Below are positions 52,797-62,562 of a DNA stretch of 64,000 nt, in pieces. Position 1 is the stretch's first letter. Each line of letters opens with the position of its first letter. The position numbers and the translations under genes were made by a program. The notes below the pieces were generated by a model, which had not been told where the DNA came from, made no database searches, and was given only the letters and a program-made list of their open reading frames with translations. Origin of the DNA: Candidatus Bathyarchaeota archaeon (GTDB lineage Archaea > Thermoproteota > Bathyarchaeia > Bathyarchaeales > Bathycorpusculaceae); contig OY970340.1 in the NCBI GenBank assembly GCA_963717465.1, forward strand, positions 1,920,001 to 1,984,000, given 5' to 3'.

Positions 52797-54884
52797 TTAA
52801 GGCAAGCTGCTATACCAATTGTTTGCAGCTCGTGCTTTCACTTCAAGCGCAGTAAGCCGATCACGCAATGCACGTGCAACAGACGCAGCACCTTGATTCT
52901 GGCCATAACTCCACACTTGCGTCTGAAGTTTCTGAGCAACTGGCACAAGAGAAAGCTCCACCCGGTGATTCCATCCTAGCTCAGGCGATAAGCGGTCTAA
53001 TATGTGATGAACTTCCATGAAACGGTAAGCGCCATTCGTTAAATTCCATTGATCAACTGTGACGTTTACTTTGTAACCTGGCTGCGTCATCCAGCCTTGA
53101 CCAGCAACAAAAGCCGCATCACCTTTAATCCACAAAGTGATTTTGTCAAGAGGCGCCTTTCGCTTTTGATAAATACTTTGGCTATAATCATTTGCTTCTC
53201 TAAAAGTTCCAAAATCGCTTCTTGTGCTAAGCCATTGTTCTTTTCCAAAACCATGAGGATAAGTTACCCCGTTAACAGTGTATGGTGCATTATAGTTTGT
53301 TGGATCTGGGTCTATTGGGTTTGCATTTGCCCAGTATGCGACAGCTACAGGAGTAACACCAGGAATTTGCAAATTATCAATTAAAACATAGCTGGCACCA
53401 GATATCGAGGGAACAAAATAGCCTACAAATTCGAAAGAGACAATTCTCCAGTTAAAAGTTGTTGAACTGCCATAATAGTTCCAAGCATCATATGTCGGCG
53501 CAGGCAATCGATTATAAATAACTACTGACGCTCCTGACGCCATTGACAAGCTTGTCCACGTACCAGTATTTGATAAAACCGTATTACTAAACCATTGAAT
53601 CTGATTTCCAGCATCATCAGTCAAAATAACTGACCAATCAAATTGTACTCCGGCACCTACAGGCGCGTAAGCTTCAAACGTGATACTTTCAGGCTCAGTT
53701 AACTGGCTGTAATCAATTTTAGATATGCCATAAAGTGGGAAAACAAGCCTGCCTCCACAATAACCTGAACTAGCTTTTGGAAGCTCAATTGATGCCACTC
53801 CTGCAGTTGGAGCAATTGGCGGAGTTCCAGTAAAATCTACAGGGTAATCTATAGACTGAACAGTTGTTTGAGTAGCAGCGGGCTTCCAGTCTGAAGCATT
53901 TAGTTCGGTGAAAACATCAACATTACTTAAACTGAGCAGAGTGACAATGTAGTTTTTAAGGTCTGTTACATCGCCTTTATTCCTGTCAACAAGCTTAATG
54001 ATATTACTTGTAGGGTCGTTAGCTACTGATTTAAGGGTTAAATCGCTGCTGGGTTGATTGCTTGACCCATCATGAGGAAAAATACGCAGGACATTATTTG
54101 TATGTACAAAACCGTCATAATCAACTAGCTCTAAAACTTCCCGGACAATATCAAGCAAGTATTTGCCATTGGGCTGGTAATAAATTGGGTTTGTTGAAGT
54201 TGGAGCCGCTAAACTCACGCTTGTACCTGAATTAGCAAACACATCCTGCAATAACGCTTCAACAAGCATGGGCATATAGAACTTGTTAAAAATAAGCATC
54301 TGCAGGTTTCGTCCAAGATCCCGGCCGATAGTGGCGAAAGTGGGAATTCCTTTGGTCTGGTAATCCTCGGTTATCATTGATTCTGGAATGTCAACGTAGC
54401 CTTTCATCATCGGGTATTGCTTGTTATAAATTGCTACAGACGCTTTAGGAGCAATGTTCTCTAAGGCTTGGTTTTGATTGAAATAGCTTATTTGGAAGCG
54501 GCCTACGCCTTCAGTAGCTTTAAGCCACATTTCAATACGTTGTACATAATTGCTGTAATCAGTACCATCGATCAAGACAGTTGGCAAAGTTGAAGCGATA
54601 GTATCGAGAGAAATAATCGTGTCTATTGGGTAAGATTGGGAGTCTTTGCAGCCAACTTTTTCCGTTAGCGTTATGTTTTGGTGAGTACCGATAATTTGAC
54701 TTTGAGCGTCCTTGCAGCCTACTTTCTCTGTTAAAGTTACATTGTGATTTGTTCCCGTAATTGAGTTTTTAGTGTCTTTAACTCCTATTTTTTCAGTTAA
54801 CGTTATATAGTGAGGAAGTCCGGCGATTTGAGTGTCTTTTCCACCTATCTTCTCGGTAAGCGCAACATTATATGTAGTGCCCAT
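52797..54884 (-). CDS. Putative tail-tip/hub protein with four N-terminal repeats
   Basis: LTEKxGxKD repeats; hub-like segment (IGRDLGRNLQ…LLDIVREVLELVDYDGFV); C-terminal PGYKVNVTVD…FMEVHH. Confidence 0.55.
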   Translation of the reverse strand: MGTTYNVALTEKIGGKDTQIAGLPHYITLTEKIGVKDTKNSITGTNHNVTLTEKVGCKDAQSQIIGTHQNITLTEKVGCKDSQSYPIDTIISLDTIASTLPTVLIDGTDYSNYVQRIEMWLKATEGVGRFQISYFNQNQALENIAPKASVAIYNKQYPMMKGYVDIPESMITEDYQTKGIPTFATIGRDLGRNLQMLIFNKFYMPMLVEALLQDVFANSGTSVSLAAPTSTNPIYYQPNGKYLLDIVREVLELVDYDGFVHTNNVLRIFPHDGSSNQPSSDLTLKSVANDPTSNIIKLVDRNKGDVTDLKNYIVTLLSLSNVDVFTELNASDWKPAATQTTVQSIDYPVDFTGTPPIAPTAGVASIELPKASSGYCGGRLVFPLYGISKIDYSQLTEPESITFEAYAPVGAGVQFDWSVILTDDAGNQIQWFSNTVLSNTGTWTSLSMASGASVVIYNRLPAPTYDAWNYYGSSTTFNWRIVSFEFVGYFVPSISGASYVLIDNLQIPGVTPVAVAYWANANPIDPDPTNYNAPYTVNGVTYPHGFGKEQWLSTRSDFGTFREANDYSQSIYQKRKAPLDKITLWIKGDAAFVAGQGWMTQPGYKVNVTVDQWNLTNGAYRFMEVHHILDRLSPELGWNHRVELSLVPVAQKLQTQVWSYGQNQGAASVARALRDRLTALEVKARAANNWYSSLP

Positions 54885-54898
54885 TCATTTGCCTTCAA

Positions 54899-55507
54899 TT
54901 AACTGCCTTGCTCAAACTGCACTTTTATTGTCAGATTCAAAACGTCTCCAGCACTCCAGTTCAATGTTTGCGCTGAATTCACCTGATGCATACATAATGT
55001 GTTTGTTGTGCCCTGGTCTAATCCGGACTCTGTCCATTGCATGGAACCACTAAGGCCATCTGATGAACTGAATGAAGCGGCAAACTGCGCAGTATCATTG
55101 GTACAAACTGTAGTCGCATAAGTTACATTAGCGGTCTTTCGCTTAGTTAACGATTGCAAATTAACATCACTAACATTAGCCGCTGTAGTTCCTGTGCCAA
55201 TTACAATACTGATTGCTTGCGTAACTGAACCTTGAGTGCTACTAACTAGAAGGCTTCCCAACATACCTAAACCGTAAGCAGTAATCAAATCAACGTTTCT
55301 GCCATGAGCTTTTACTTTTCCTGTTTTATCTTTGATTTCCCATTCTACAGAATCACAAATTCTTATTTTGCTCTCCATAATTTTTTCACCTCGATTAACA
55401 TTTTCATTTTTTGGTTGACTTTGATTTTGAGGCTGATTTTGAGTTTTGGATGCTTGGTTTTTCAGCAAGATATTTCTTAAAAATGCAAGAAATTGGTTTA
55501 ACCACAA
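54899..55507 (-). CDS. Putative virion fibre/collar-type protein
   Basis: DLITAYGL…IVIGTGTTAANVSDVNL…WTESGL motif typical of phage tail-fibre N-terminal domains. Confidence 0.55.
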   Translation of the reverse strand: MWLNQFLAFLRNILLKNQASKTQNQPQNQSQPKNENVNRGEKIMESKIRICDSVEWEIKDKTGKVKAHGRNVDLITAYGLGMLGSLLVSSTQGSVTQAISIVIGTGTTAANVSDVNLQSLTKRKTANVTYATTVCTNDTAQFAASFSSSDGLSGSMQWTESGLDQGTTNTLCMHQVNSAQTLNWSAGDVLNLTIKVQFEQGS

Positions 55508-55532
55508 TTTATTTTGGCCTCACACTTCTTTT

Positions 55533-56075
55533 TTACTCTGAAACTGTGCTCCGGTACACTTGACGATACTCAATACTTCGTTGCTTCTCGATCGCTTGAT
55601 TCTGGAGGTATTGTTGATACTTGGCCCATTCTTGAAAAGCAATTGTGATTAGTGGCATCAAGATAGGCGCAATGATAGGTGCTAATTCAGGTGCTATTTC
55701 CTTTAATGCTTCGTGCGATAGGAAATGAGCTGCCGCTTCTGGGCTTCTTGCTGCTCGGAACCCACGCATCATACTGCGGGTACTCATTGATTCGCCCTCA
55801 TCAGATTGCTCTTGACTCCAATACGCATTATACTCGCTCGTATCTACCATCTCTCCGTACTCTTCGGTTTCCAGTGTACAACGGCAACCAAAGTGCCCGT
55901 TAACGTCCCAGCTCTCATCTGACACACGTTCAGCATGCAAAAATAACGAAGGAATCTGGCTTTCGTCAAATTCTAATCCATCCCAGGGCAGGCAATCCTT
56001 GCAAGCACCAAGAAACACGTGATACGTAAACTTCCGTTCTGGCTGCTGCCCTCCAACTTCAGCATCTTCAGCCAT
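55533..56075 (-). CDS. Viral protein with CxxC…HxxCRC (MuF-like) motif and amphipathic C-terminal helix
   Basis: ACKDCLPWDG…GHFGCRCTL. Confidence 0.5.
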   Translation of the reverse strand: MAEDAEVGGQQPERKFTYHVFLGACKDCLPWDGLEFDESQIPSLFLHAERVSDESWDVNGHFGCRCTLETEEYGEMVDTSEYNAYWSQEQSDEGESMSTRSMMRGFRAARSPEAAAHFLSHEALKEIAPELAPIIAPILMPLITIAFQEWAKYQQYLQNQAIEKQRSIEYRQVYRSTVSE

Positions 56076-56089
56076 CCAAAGCAGACCGT

Positions 56090-56560
56090 TTACGGCGGAT
56101 AACCACTTGGAGGCGTGACAGTACAATAAAATGCTTGAAACGGGTAAACCCTGATAACTTCTTTGTCAACTTCAAAATCGCCAGGATCATCCACGGCAAT
56201 GAATCCGGTGAAGGTATAGGTCCAGGCGCGGCCAAGAGCATCTTTGGTTGTTGCGACAACGTAGGGGATTTGCGGGTTATCACCGTTTGGAACAATGTAC
56301 GCTTTGGTGCCGCCTGCAACAAGCGGATTCTTGTAAAAGGCCGCGTAGGCCTCTGAGGTGCAGTGGATTTCGCCTTTAATCATTTTATGTGGTTTATGCC
56401 AGTCAATCGGGTTTGTCTGGTTCATAACGTTTGCAGGTTTATACTCGCGTGGAACAGGCTCATACCATATGCGGCGAACATTACTAACTGACATGTTGTC
56501 GCCTGTTGTTGCTGAATTGCCGATTACAAGCGTGACGCCTGTAGTTAAAATTACAACCAT
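56090..56560 (-). CDS. Putative tail tube-like protein
   Basis: Beta-rich 156 aa, WTYTFTG, position after the terminator-like gene. Confidence 0.4.
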   Translation of the reverse strand: MVVILTTGVTLVIGNSATTGDNMSVSNVRRIWYEPVPREYKPANVMNQTNPIDWHKPHKMIKGEIHCTSEAYAAFYKNPLVAGGTKAYIVPNGDNPQIPYVVATTKDALGRAWTYTFTGFIAVDDPGDFEVDKEVIRVYPFQAFYCTVTPPSGYPP

Positions 56561-56577
56561 CTTTCTTTTTCACTATC

Positions 56578-57030
56578 CTATTGAATTATGCTAACTGTTA
56601 CCGTGATTGTCTGCTTAACCCAACTTGCAAGCTCATTTGGGATGTCGCTTTTGGGCTTGATAAAAAAATTAGTTACTGAATTTGAATTGGTTTCAATGAT
56701 GCTGTTTACAACGGCTCGAAGGTTGGCTCTTTGCTGAAGCATATTGGGTAAAGTATCGCCTTTCACGTAAACGTCAACGATTACTTCATCATCAAGGCGC
56801 CAAGCACCAGGATAAAGAAGACGAGTTTTCGGTGCTCTACCAGGATAACAAGTGATCGCTGATTTATTCTTCGATTGCGATCCAGGCCAAGCTAGCGCTG
56901 ATGGTTTATCTGTGAGCCAATCAATCTGCGTTAGGGCTGGTGCAGTTAAACCTAAAGTCGTGACTGTGGCAGCATAATTAGTGTTAAGTAAGTTGCTGAG
57001 TGTCTTCACGTTGCTTGAAGCGTTGCTCAA
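56578..57030 (-). CDS. Putative tail terminator/neck protein
   Basis: 150 aa, EVIVDVYVKG…LRAVVNSII pattern, gene order. Confidence 0.45.
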   Translation of the reverse strand: MSNASSNVKTLSNLLNTNYAATVTTLGLTAPALTQIDWLTDKPSALAWPGSQSKNKSAITCYPGRAPKTRLLYPGAWRLDDEVIVDVYVKGDTLPNMLQQRANLRAVVNSIIETNSNSVTNFFIKPKSDIPNELASWVKQTITVTVSIIQ

Positions 57031-57042
57031 TTATTATTCACC

Positions 57043-58041
57043 TTAGTAGCCGTCTGGCCAGCTGGGGTAACGATTATAAGCGTAAATATTTTGGATGCGA
57101 CTGCCGATTGCCGCGCTTGCTGAAGCACTTGGTAAGGTCACGTTTATCAAGTTGCTTTTTGCGCTTTCACGGAAGCCCTCAATTGCCATTTTAATTGCAG
57201 CTGCATAGGGTCCTGCACGCTGCATACTCATATCGCCAATTGAATAATCGTAAGCGCCTACGAGTGCACCGCCGACGCTTGCCACAAGGATTCCCATACA
57301 TGCCAAGTCTGTAGCACCTAACTCAGCGAAGGGTACACGTGAATCGTTTGACGGGTAAATTATTGACGGCGCCAAATTATATACGTACTTGTTTGCATGG
57401 TTAATCTGCGTTTGAATCGAAGAGAATGATAGATTTAAGCCATAAACCGTGTAATTCCCGTTTGAATCAGGTCCTTGGGCGCCTAAACGACTGATTACAT
57501 CATTGAAACTTGCGAAGGCAGGAGTAAAAAGTGCAATGGGTTCATAAAGAAAAGTTGCTGTTGATCCCGCTATGATTTCGAAGCCTCTTTGGCCAACACC
57601 AACCAGCGGCAGCAAATCTTCAGCTTCAACCACAGTGAAATCGTTTACTTGACCATAAACTGCAAAGGATCCGTCACTGAGAATTTCACTTTCCACAGCT
57701 AAGTTGTACGTTTGCCCAATGGTTACTGGAAAAGTTCGTGAAGCTAAAACGTTTCTTGAAGTCTCCGCGCCCTCCTCATTACGTACAACCGCTTCCAATG
57801 TTGCAACGTTATTTGCCGCGTCAAGATACATGGCTAAATAGTACTCATTCCAGCCTGCATCATATGTGTGATTAACGATTAAGCCTGCCTTGCCTGGGCT
57901 TGCTGGAATAGTCACTTGGGCTTGATGAGTGTAATTCTGATCAGTTTCTGAACCTTCCACAGCTGAGGCTTTACCCGTAGCATCAACGGTACCTATTATA
58001 GTGTTACCGTTTTGACTCCAAATGCCCAGAATAGTTTTCAA
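57043..58041 (-). CDS. Putative head-tail adaptor fused to an N-terminal beta-sandwich
   Basis: C-terminal half FASFNDVISRLG…IQTQINHANKYV…DYSIGDMSM resembles gp6/gp15-type adaptors. Confidence 0.5.
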   Translation of the reverse strand: MKTILGIWSQNGNTIIGTVDATGKASAVEGSETDQNYTHQAQVTIPASPGKAGLIVNHTYDAGWNEYYLAMYLDAANNVATLEAVVRNEEGAETSRNVLASRTFPVTIGQTYNLAVESEILSDGSFAVYGQVNDFTVVEAEDLLPLVGVGQRGFEIIAGSTATFLYEPIALFTPAFASFNDVISRLGAQGPDSNGNYTVYGLNLSFSSIQTQINHANKYVYNLAPSIIYPSNDSRVPFAELGATDLACMGILVASVGGALVGAYDYSIGDMSMQRAGPYAAAIKMAIEGFRESAKSNLINVTLPSASASAAIGSRIQNIYAYNRYPSWPDGY

Positions 58042-58044
58042 AGT

Positions 58045-60726
58045 TTAATCAAGCTCCCAATAATTAGAGAATAGACCATCAAAAGATGAGGGTCTAAAGT
58101 CGATGTATGCTGTTTGTATTCTGCTTTTTTGTAGTCTGCGGTAGAAGTATGCTACTACGGCGCCAACTCCCCCTGTAACTACAACTATAGCAACGGGCAC
58201 TGCGTAAACAGGCGGCGCATTACCATTATTAACGGTAAATGTGACTGTGCCATAAGCTACTGCGCCGTTTGCTCCTGTTACTTCGCAGCAGAGCGTTACC
58301 ATTTCCGTGTCAGTTATTCCCGTTATGTTTGCTGTTTGGCTTGTTTGGTTTGTTGTATAGAGCCATGTCTCATTCGCTAAAAGTACGTTCCAATTGAAGA
58401 CTGGAAAAGTGTCGTTGCCTGATGTAGACAAATCAACTGGTATACTGCCTTGATAAACAGTAGCTTGAGGTGAGAGAAACACTATGCCGATTGTGTACGT
58501 GTTGATAACTGCGACTGGATAGCTTGTTTGGGTAAATAATGCATAAACTATGAGATCGCTCAACATTGAAAGTGTATAAGAATCGCCTGTTAGAGTGACG
58601 TTTGAGCCATCGACGTTTAAAGCAGTAATTTGAGAGTATTGATTTGGCGTTAAAGTGATGGTTTCCTGAGTGTCATTCATGTCAGTGTAGCTTCCAGTAT
58701 TAGGCGAAACAGTATCGCCAATAGAAGGGCAGTTGAAACTCAAAACATTCACAGGTGAATAGACTGCAGGAGAGCCAGTGGATTCTTGAACGGAACAATT
58801 ATCAATATAGCAATATGAGGACGACTGATTGTTCTGATACTCAATTGATATTTGATTGAAGTATCCAGCTATTGTCGGAGCAGTTAAAGTCAGGACATTA
58901 TTTACGTAGAGTGAAGCGCCTTGAGTCGTTGACAAGGCATTTGCAACGCAACAAAGATTATACCACGTGCCATTATTCGGGTTAGCGGTAGTATTCCAAT
59001 AGTAATTAAAATGGCCAGTGCTTGAACAGATCCAAATGCCCCAAATAATCGATGAACCAGTATTGTTAACTAAGACTTCGAAGGGGTTTTGGTCGTAAGT
59101 GTTGTTTATGCAGTTGAAGAAGTAAAATATTTGTCCTGAGCCAGGATTGTTGTTCCAATAGACGGAGAAGTTGAATTCTACTTGTTGAACTACGGCTGGC
59201 AGATTATAGTAAGCGCCGTCACCGTTATATTTGACTTCCATTGAGTAAGCATCGCCTGAGTATGTTGGTGAAGGGACGAACCAGGGGCCGCCATTGTAAG
59301 TTGTTGTTCCCGACCATGCGTTTGCGTTTCCGCCTTGGAAGCTATTTTGGAAATAGAGCGTCGTGTTAAGAGTATCTAAGCTTAATAATTGTGAGTCTAT
59401 GCCATTGTCTGTTATTCCAAAAGTGCAGTTTGAAAGGTTATTCTGGAAGGTTCTTGTGTTGTAGGAGTTTGCATCGATGTAAATGCCCGTCCATGCTTGG
59501 TAATTGTTGTACTCGATAAGAGTGCTATTGCTAATGTGAATCCACATGCCATAGTCATTTGGTGAAATGGTAGTCATGGTATTGTTGAAGAAAGAGCAGT
59601 TGTAACAGGATGATACCCAAAAAATGTACCCAAGGGTTGTTGAAGAACTTGAACTATAAATGCTGTTTAAGGAGACTATTTCGTTTATTGAAGATTGCGT
59701 AGCAATAGCCCAAGCATAATTTGTACCCCAATTAGAGATATGATTCTGAGTGATCACATCGCCTATCGCAAGATATGTGAGTATTCCGCTATTGCAGTTA
59801 AAAATCACGTTATCAGCTACATAGTTAGAGTTTACCGGGTTACCTGTTCCTATGTCAATGCCATTAGTACAGTTTGACATCGTGTTTGAAATAAGCCAGT
59901 TGTCTTCGCCTGTCTGCCCATTGTTCGCTCCGTTTGACTCGATTGCTAAGCCATAATGCGATCCAGTGCCTACGCCAGCCCACCCGCCGATATAACCCGT
60001 TATGTTAAAGACCGTGTTGTCTTCAATCGTGCAACTGCTGTAAGTTGAGATTCCCACGTCGCTTGCAAAACTGCAGGTGTTGTTGATTGCTTTTGAGCCT
60101 GCGGCGTATTGTCCTAACTGAATGCAGTTCCATCCGCAATAATTGATAATGCAGTTCTCGATTATGGATGGATTGCACCCTTGCGCAGTGTTAGATATTA
60201 CTGCGCCCATCATTCTGCAGTTAGTTATTGTTCCGCCGTTTATTGTGCAGTTGTCGCAGTTTGAAAGAAAGACTCCGCAGAGAAGGCTAACTACAACCTG
60301 ATTTAACGCATTTCCATTTATCTGAATATTCTCGATTGCGCAGTTGATATCATTCTGCATTAAAAAAACAGTATCGTACAAAACCTCTGTGTTATTCACG
60401 TTATTCGGGAGAGTTAAAAGCGATCCTGACTCAAAAATAACTGTGACTCCAACACAATCAGCCATTATGATGCTTGAACCGTTATTTGTGTACGTGCCAG
60501 CATTAACGGTCACTGTTCCGCCTAAGCCTACATGATTAAAGGCATCCGCGAAGGCATCGTTGGCGCTTACTCCGGAGTAAACGCTGTTACTCACGGATAT
60601 CGTTTCGCCATTAGTGCTAATTGAGCAAGATAATGGCTGAGCTTTTACTGGAACTGAAATGCAAACAAGGGAAATAACAACTGCTAAGATAGCAGTCAAA
60701 ACAAGAATCTTTTTTAGGCTTTTCAT
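58045..60726 (-). CDS. Secreted, C-terminally membrane-anchored protein: parallel beta-helix + LamG-like + Ig/InlB-like domains
   Basis: Signal peptide, Asn/Cys-rich beta-helix repeats, many sequons, TM VAIVVVTGGVGAVVAYFYRR. Confidence 0.8.
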   Translation of the reverse strand: MKSLKKILVLTAILAVVISLVCISVPVKAQPLSCSISTNGETISVSNSVYSGVSANDAFADAFNHVGLGGTVTVNAGTYTNNGSSIIMADCVGVTVIFESGSLLTLPNNVNNTEVLYDTVFLMQNDINCAIENIQINGNALNQVVVSLLCGVFLSNCDNCTINGGTITNCRMMGAVISNTAQGCNPSIIENCIINYCGWNCIQLGQYAAGSKAINNTCSFASDVGISTYSSCTIEDNTVFNITGYIGGWAGVGTGSHYGLAIESNGANNGQTGEDNWLISNTMSNCTNGIDIGTGNPVNSNYVADNVIFNCNSGILTYLAIGDVITQNHISNWGTNYAWAIATQSSINEIVSLNSIYSSSSSTTLGYIFWVSSCYNCSFFNNTMTTISPNDYGMWIHISNSTLIEYNNYQAWTGIYIDANSYNTRTFQNNLSNCTFGITDNGIDSQLLSLDTLNTTLYFQNSFQGGNANAWSGTTTYNGGPWFVPSPTYSGDAYSMEVKYNGDGAYYNLPAVVQQVEFNFSVYWNNNPGSGQIFYFFNCINNTYDQNPFEVLVNNTGSSIIWGIWICSSTGHFNYYWNTTANPNNGTWYNLCCVANALSTTQGASLYVNNVLTLTAPTIAGYFNQISIEYQNNQSSSYCYIDNCSVQESTGSPAVYSPVNVLSFNCPSIGDTVSPNTGSYTDMNDTQETITLTPNQYSQITALNVDGSNVTLTGDSYTLSMLSDLIVYALFTQTSYPVAVINTYTIGIVFLSPQATVYQGSIPVDLSTSGNDTFPVFNWNVLLANETWLYTTNQTSQTANITGITDTEMVTLCCEVTGANGAVAYGTVTFTVNNGNAPPVYAVPVAIVVVTGGVGAVVAYFYRRLQKSRIQTAYIDFRPSSFDGLFSNYWELD

Positions 60727-61602
60727 CTATCGATCAACCCTTTTTAAAAGGCGCGAATTGGGTATGCAAGGCGAATATGGGCTAATGTACGAGTCAGCGA
60801 CAACAACATCGTCATAATAACAATACGGGTATGTTGTTCCGCCACTATAACCAGCAACAAGTCTAACTTTAGAGAATAAAGCGTTCTCAATTGCTACTAC
60901 CGTAAATGCTCCGACTTGAAAACCGTTAATATACAATACAACTGAGACATTTCTAATTCCCTGAATTTCTACGCAGTACCATATATTAGCGGTTGGGTTA
61001 GGTGTAGAAAAGAACTGCGCGTTTGACATTGAAGAGTTGGTTAAGCCCCACTCCATAGTGCCGCTAACATTTTTTATTAGAACTTGATATGGGTCTGAGT
61101 TCGCGTTAATTATATACGCGAGATAGATAATTTCTCCAGATGCAGGATTAACGCTCCATTGAACGTAAAATCGTAAATTCATCTGAACGATTGAAGCGCT
61201 CAGATTGTATTGAACTTGATATACGTCTCCGCTAAAAAGCTTGCAAGAATACGCATTACTACCGTGCGTAGGAGTAGAAACGATTACAGCACCACTTTCC
61301 GAACTCCAAGCGCTCGTAGTGCCTGACGCGAAACTATCGCTAAAAAGAACCGTGAAATATTGAGCTAAATAATTCCTTTCAAACTGGCTAACTCTTGGAA
61401 AAATATGCTCGTGTACATAGTCTTCAAGCTTCTTTTCGTCTTTTAAGTAAGTAGGCGGAATCTTCAAGGCGTTAGGATAATGTTCTTCGCAGTATGGGCA
61501 TTGATGGCTATTTCGCTTAACGGTTTTTCTGCATTTGGGACAGATATGCTCCCATAATGGAAGCAAACGCAAAAGCCACAGTGGAACGTTCACGATAAGC
61601 AC
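60727..61602 (-). CDS. Zinc-ribbon + LamG/ConA-like domain protein
   Basis: CPKC…CPYC; LFSDSFASG…NIWYCVE…LYING…YYDDVVV. Confidence 0.65.
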   Translation of the reverse strand: MLIVNVPLWLLRLLPLWEHICPKCRKTVKRNSHQCPYCEEHYPNALKIPPTYLKDEKKLEDYVHEHIFPRVSQFERNYLAQYFTVLFSDSFASGTTSAWSSESGAVIVSTPTHGSNAYSCKLFSGDVYQVQYNLSASIVQMNLRFYVQWSVNPASGEIIYLAYIINANSDPYQVLIKNVSGTMEWGLTNSSMSNAQFFSTPNPTANIWYCVEIQGIRNVSVVLYINGFQVGAFTVVAIENALFSKVRLVAGYSGGTTYPYCYYDDVVVADSYISPYSPCIPNSRLLKRVDR

Positions 61603-61603
61603 C

Positions 61604-62437
61604 TTAGCTTGCGTCTGTCGATGTGTAAATTACAGTGTAGTAAACTGTTTGAGCCGCGCTAAGATGCAAGTTCAAAGCTTTACCCTGGGCAGTTTTGCAG
61701 TCATACATAGACTCGACGCTTGTGCCATGCCTACCAACACCTTCGCGTACGTTTAAATCCCAATTCTGCCCTACTTGCGTTTCACTTCCGCCAACATCAC
61801 TATAAAACGCAGCCGTCACTACAGCAGTGTTTGCATTTGCCGCCTGCAGGCTAAAATCGTAAACTTTAATCACTTTCCCAGTTACGGCCGCAACTATCGA
61901 GTTATCTCCACTCGCGCTTACGCTTCCAGTTACAACTTGATAGGTTCGCTGTGCAGTTTGAGAAACAAGCGTAGCTAAGTTGCCGCCTGTCTCCTTAGCC
62001 ACGTTAGCTGTTTGGCTCACTATAGTTGCGAGGTTTCCGCCTGTTTCTTTTGCAACATTAGCGGTTTGGCTTGCAATAGTGGCAAGATTGCCAGTTTCTA
62101 AAGCTGGGCTAGCAGGAATATTTGCCACGCTTGTTTTAATTGCGTCTAAGTCAGTTTTCGCTGCTGCTAGATTTCCGCCGCTTTCTTTAGCTAAACCAAC
62201 TGAATCAGTACCTAACGTAACAGCTGGTAAGGCGTTTACACCAATTTTACCCGAAGAATCCACGGCAAGCATGTTTGCTGGCGTATTAGGGTCTTGAATG
62301 TGAATATTTCCAATTGATACGCTCTCAGTTTCTAAGACGGCATCAACCTTAAGCCCATTACTTGTAACTTGAAGCTGCCCAGTTGACCCATCCGCATTTT
62401 TTATAATAACTGCTTGTTCAACAGTGCTAGAACTCAA
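61604..62437 (-). CDS. Putative virion fibre protein with KETGGNLAT repeats
   Basis: Three to four ~18-aa repeats; follows the MCP gene. Confidence 0.55.
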   Translation of the reverse strand: MSSSTVEQAVIIKNADGSTGQLQVTSNGLKVDAVLETESVSIGNIHIQDPNTPANMLAVDSSGKIGVNALPAVTLGTDSVGLAKESGGNLAAAKTDLDAIKTSVANIPASPALETGNLATIASQTANVAKETGGNLATIVSQTANVAKETGGNLATLVSQTAQRTYQVVTGSVSASGDNSIVAAVTGKVIKVYDFSLQAANANTAVVTAAFYSDVGGSETQVGQNWDLNVREGVGRHGTSVESMYDCKTAQGKALNLHLSAAQTVYYTVIYTSTDAS

Positions 62438-62490
62438 TTTTAATTAACCTCCAAAATCCAAAATCAAAAGTTTTTATTTGAGAAATATTG

Positions 62491-62525
62491 CCGGCTTTTA
62501 ACGGTCCCAAGACTTAAAAGACTGG
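62491..62525 (-). terminator. Stem-loop downstream of the MCP gene (terminator or stability element)
   Basis: ccggCTTTTAA-cgGTCccaaGAC-TTAAAAGactgg. Confidence 0.45.
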
Positions 62526-62562
62526 GGCGAGGGAAAATTGTGGAAAACTGGAAACTGCATGT

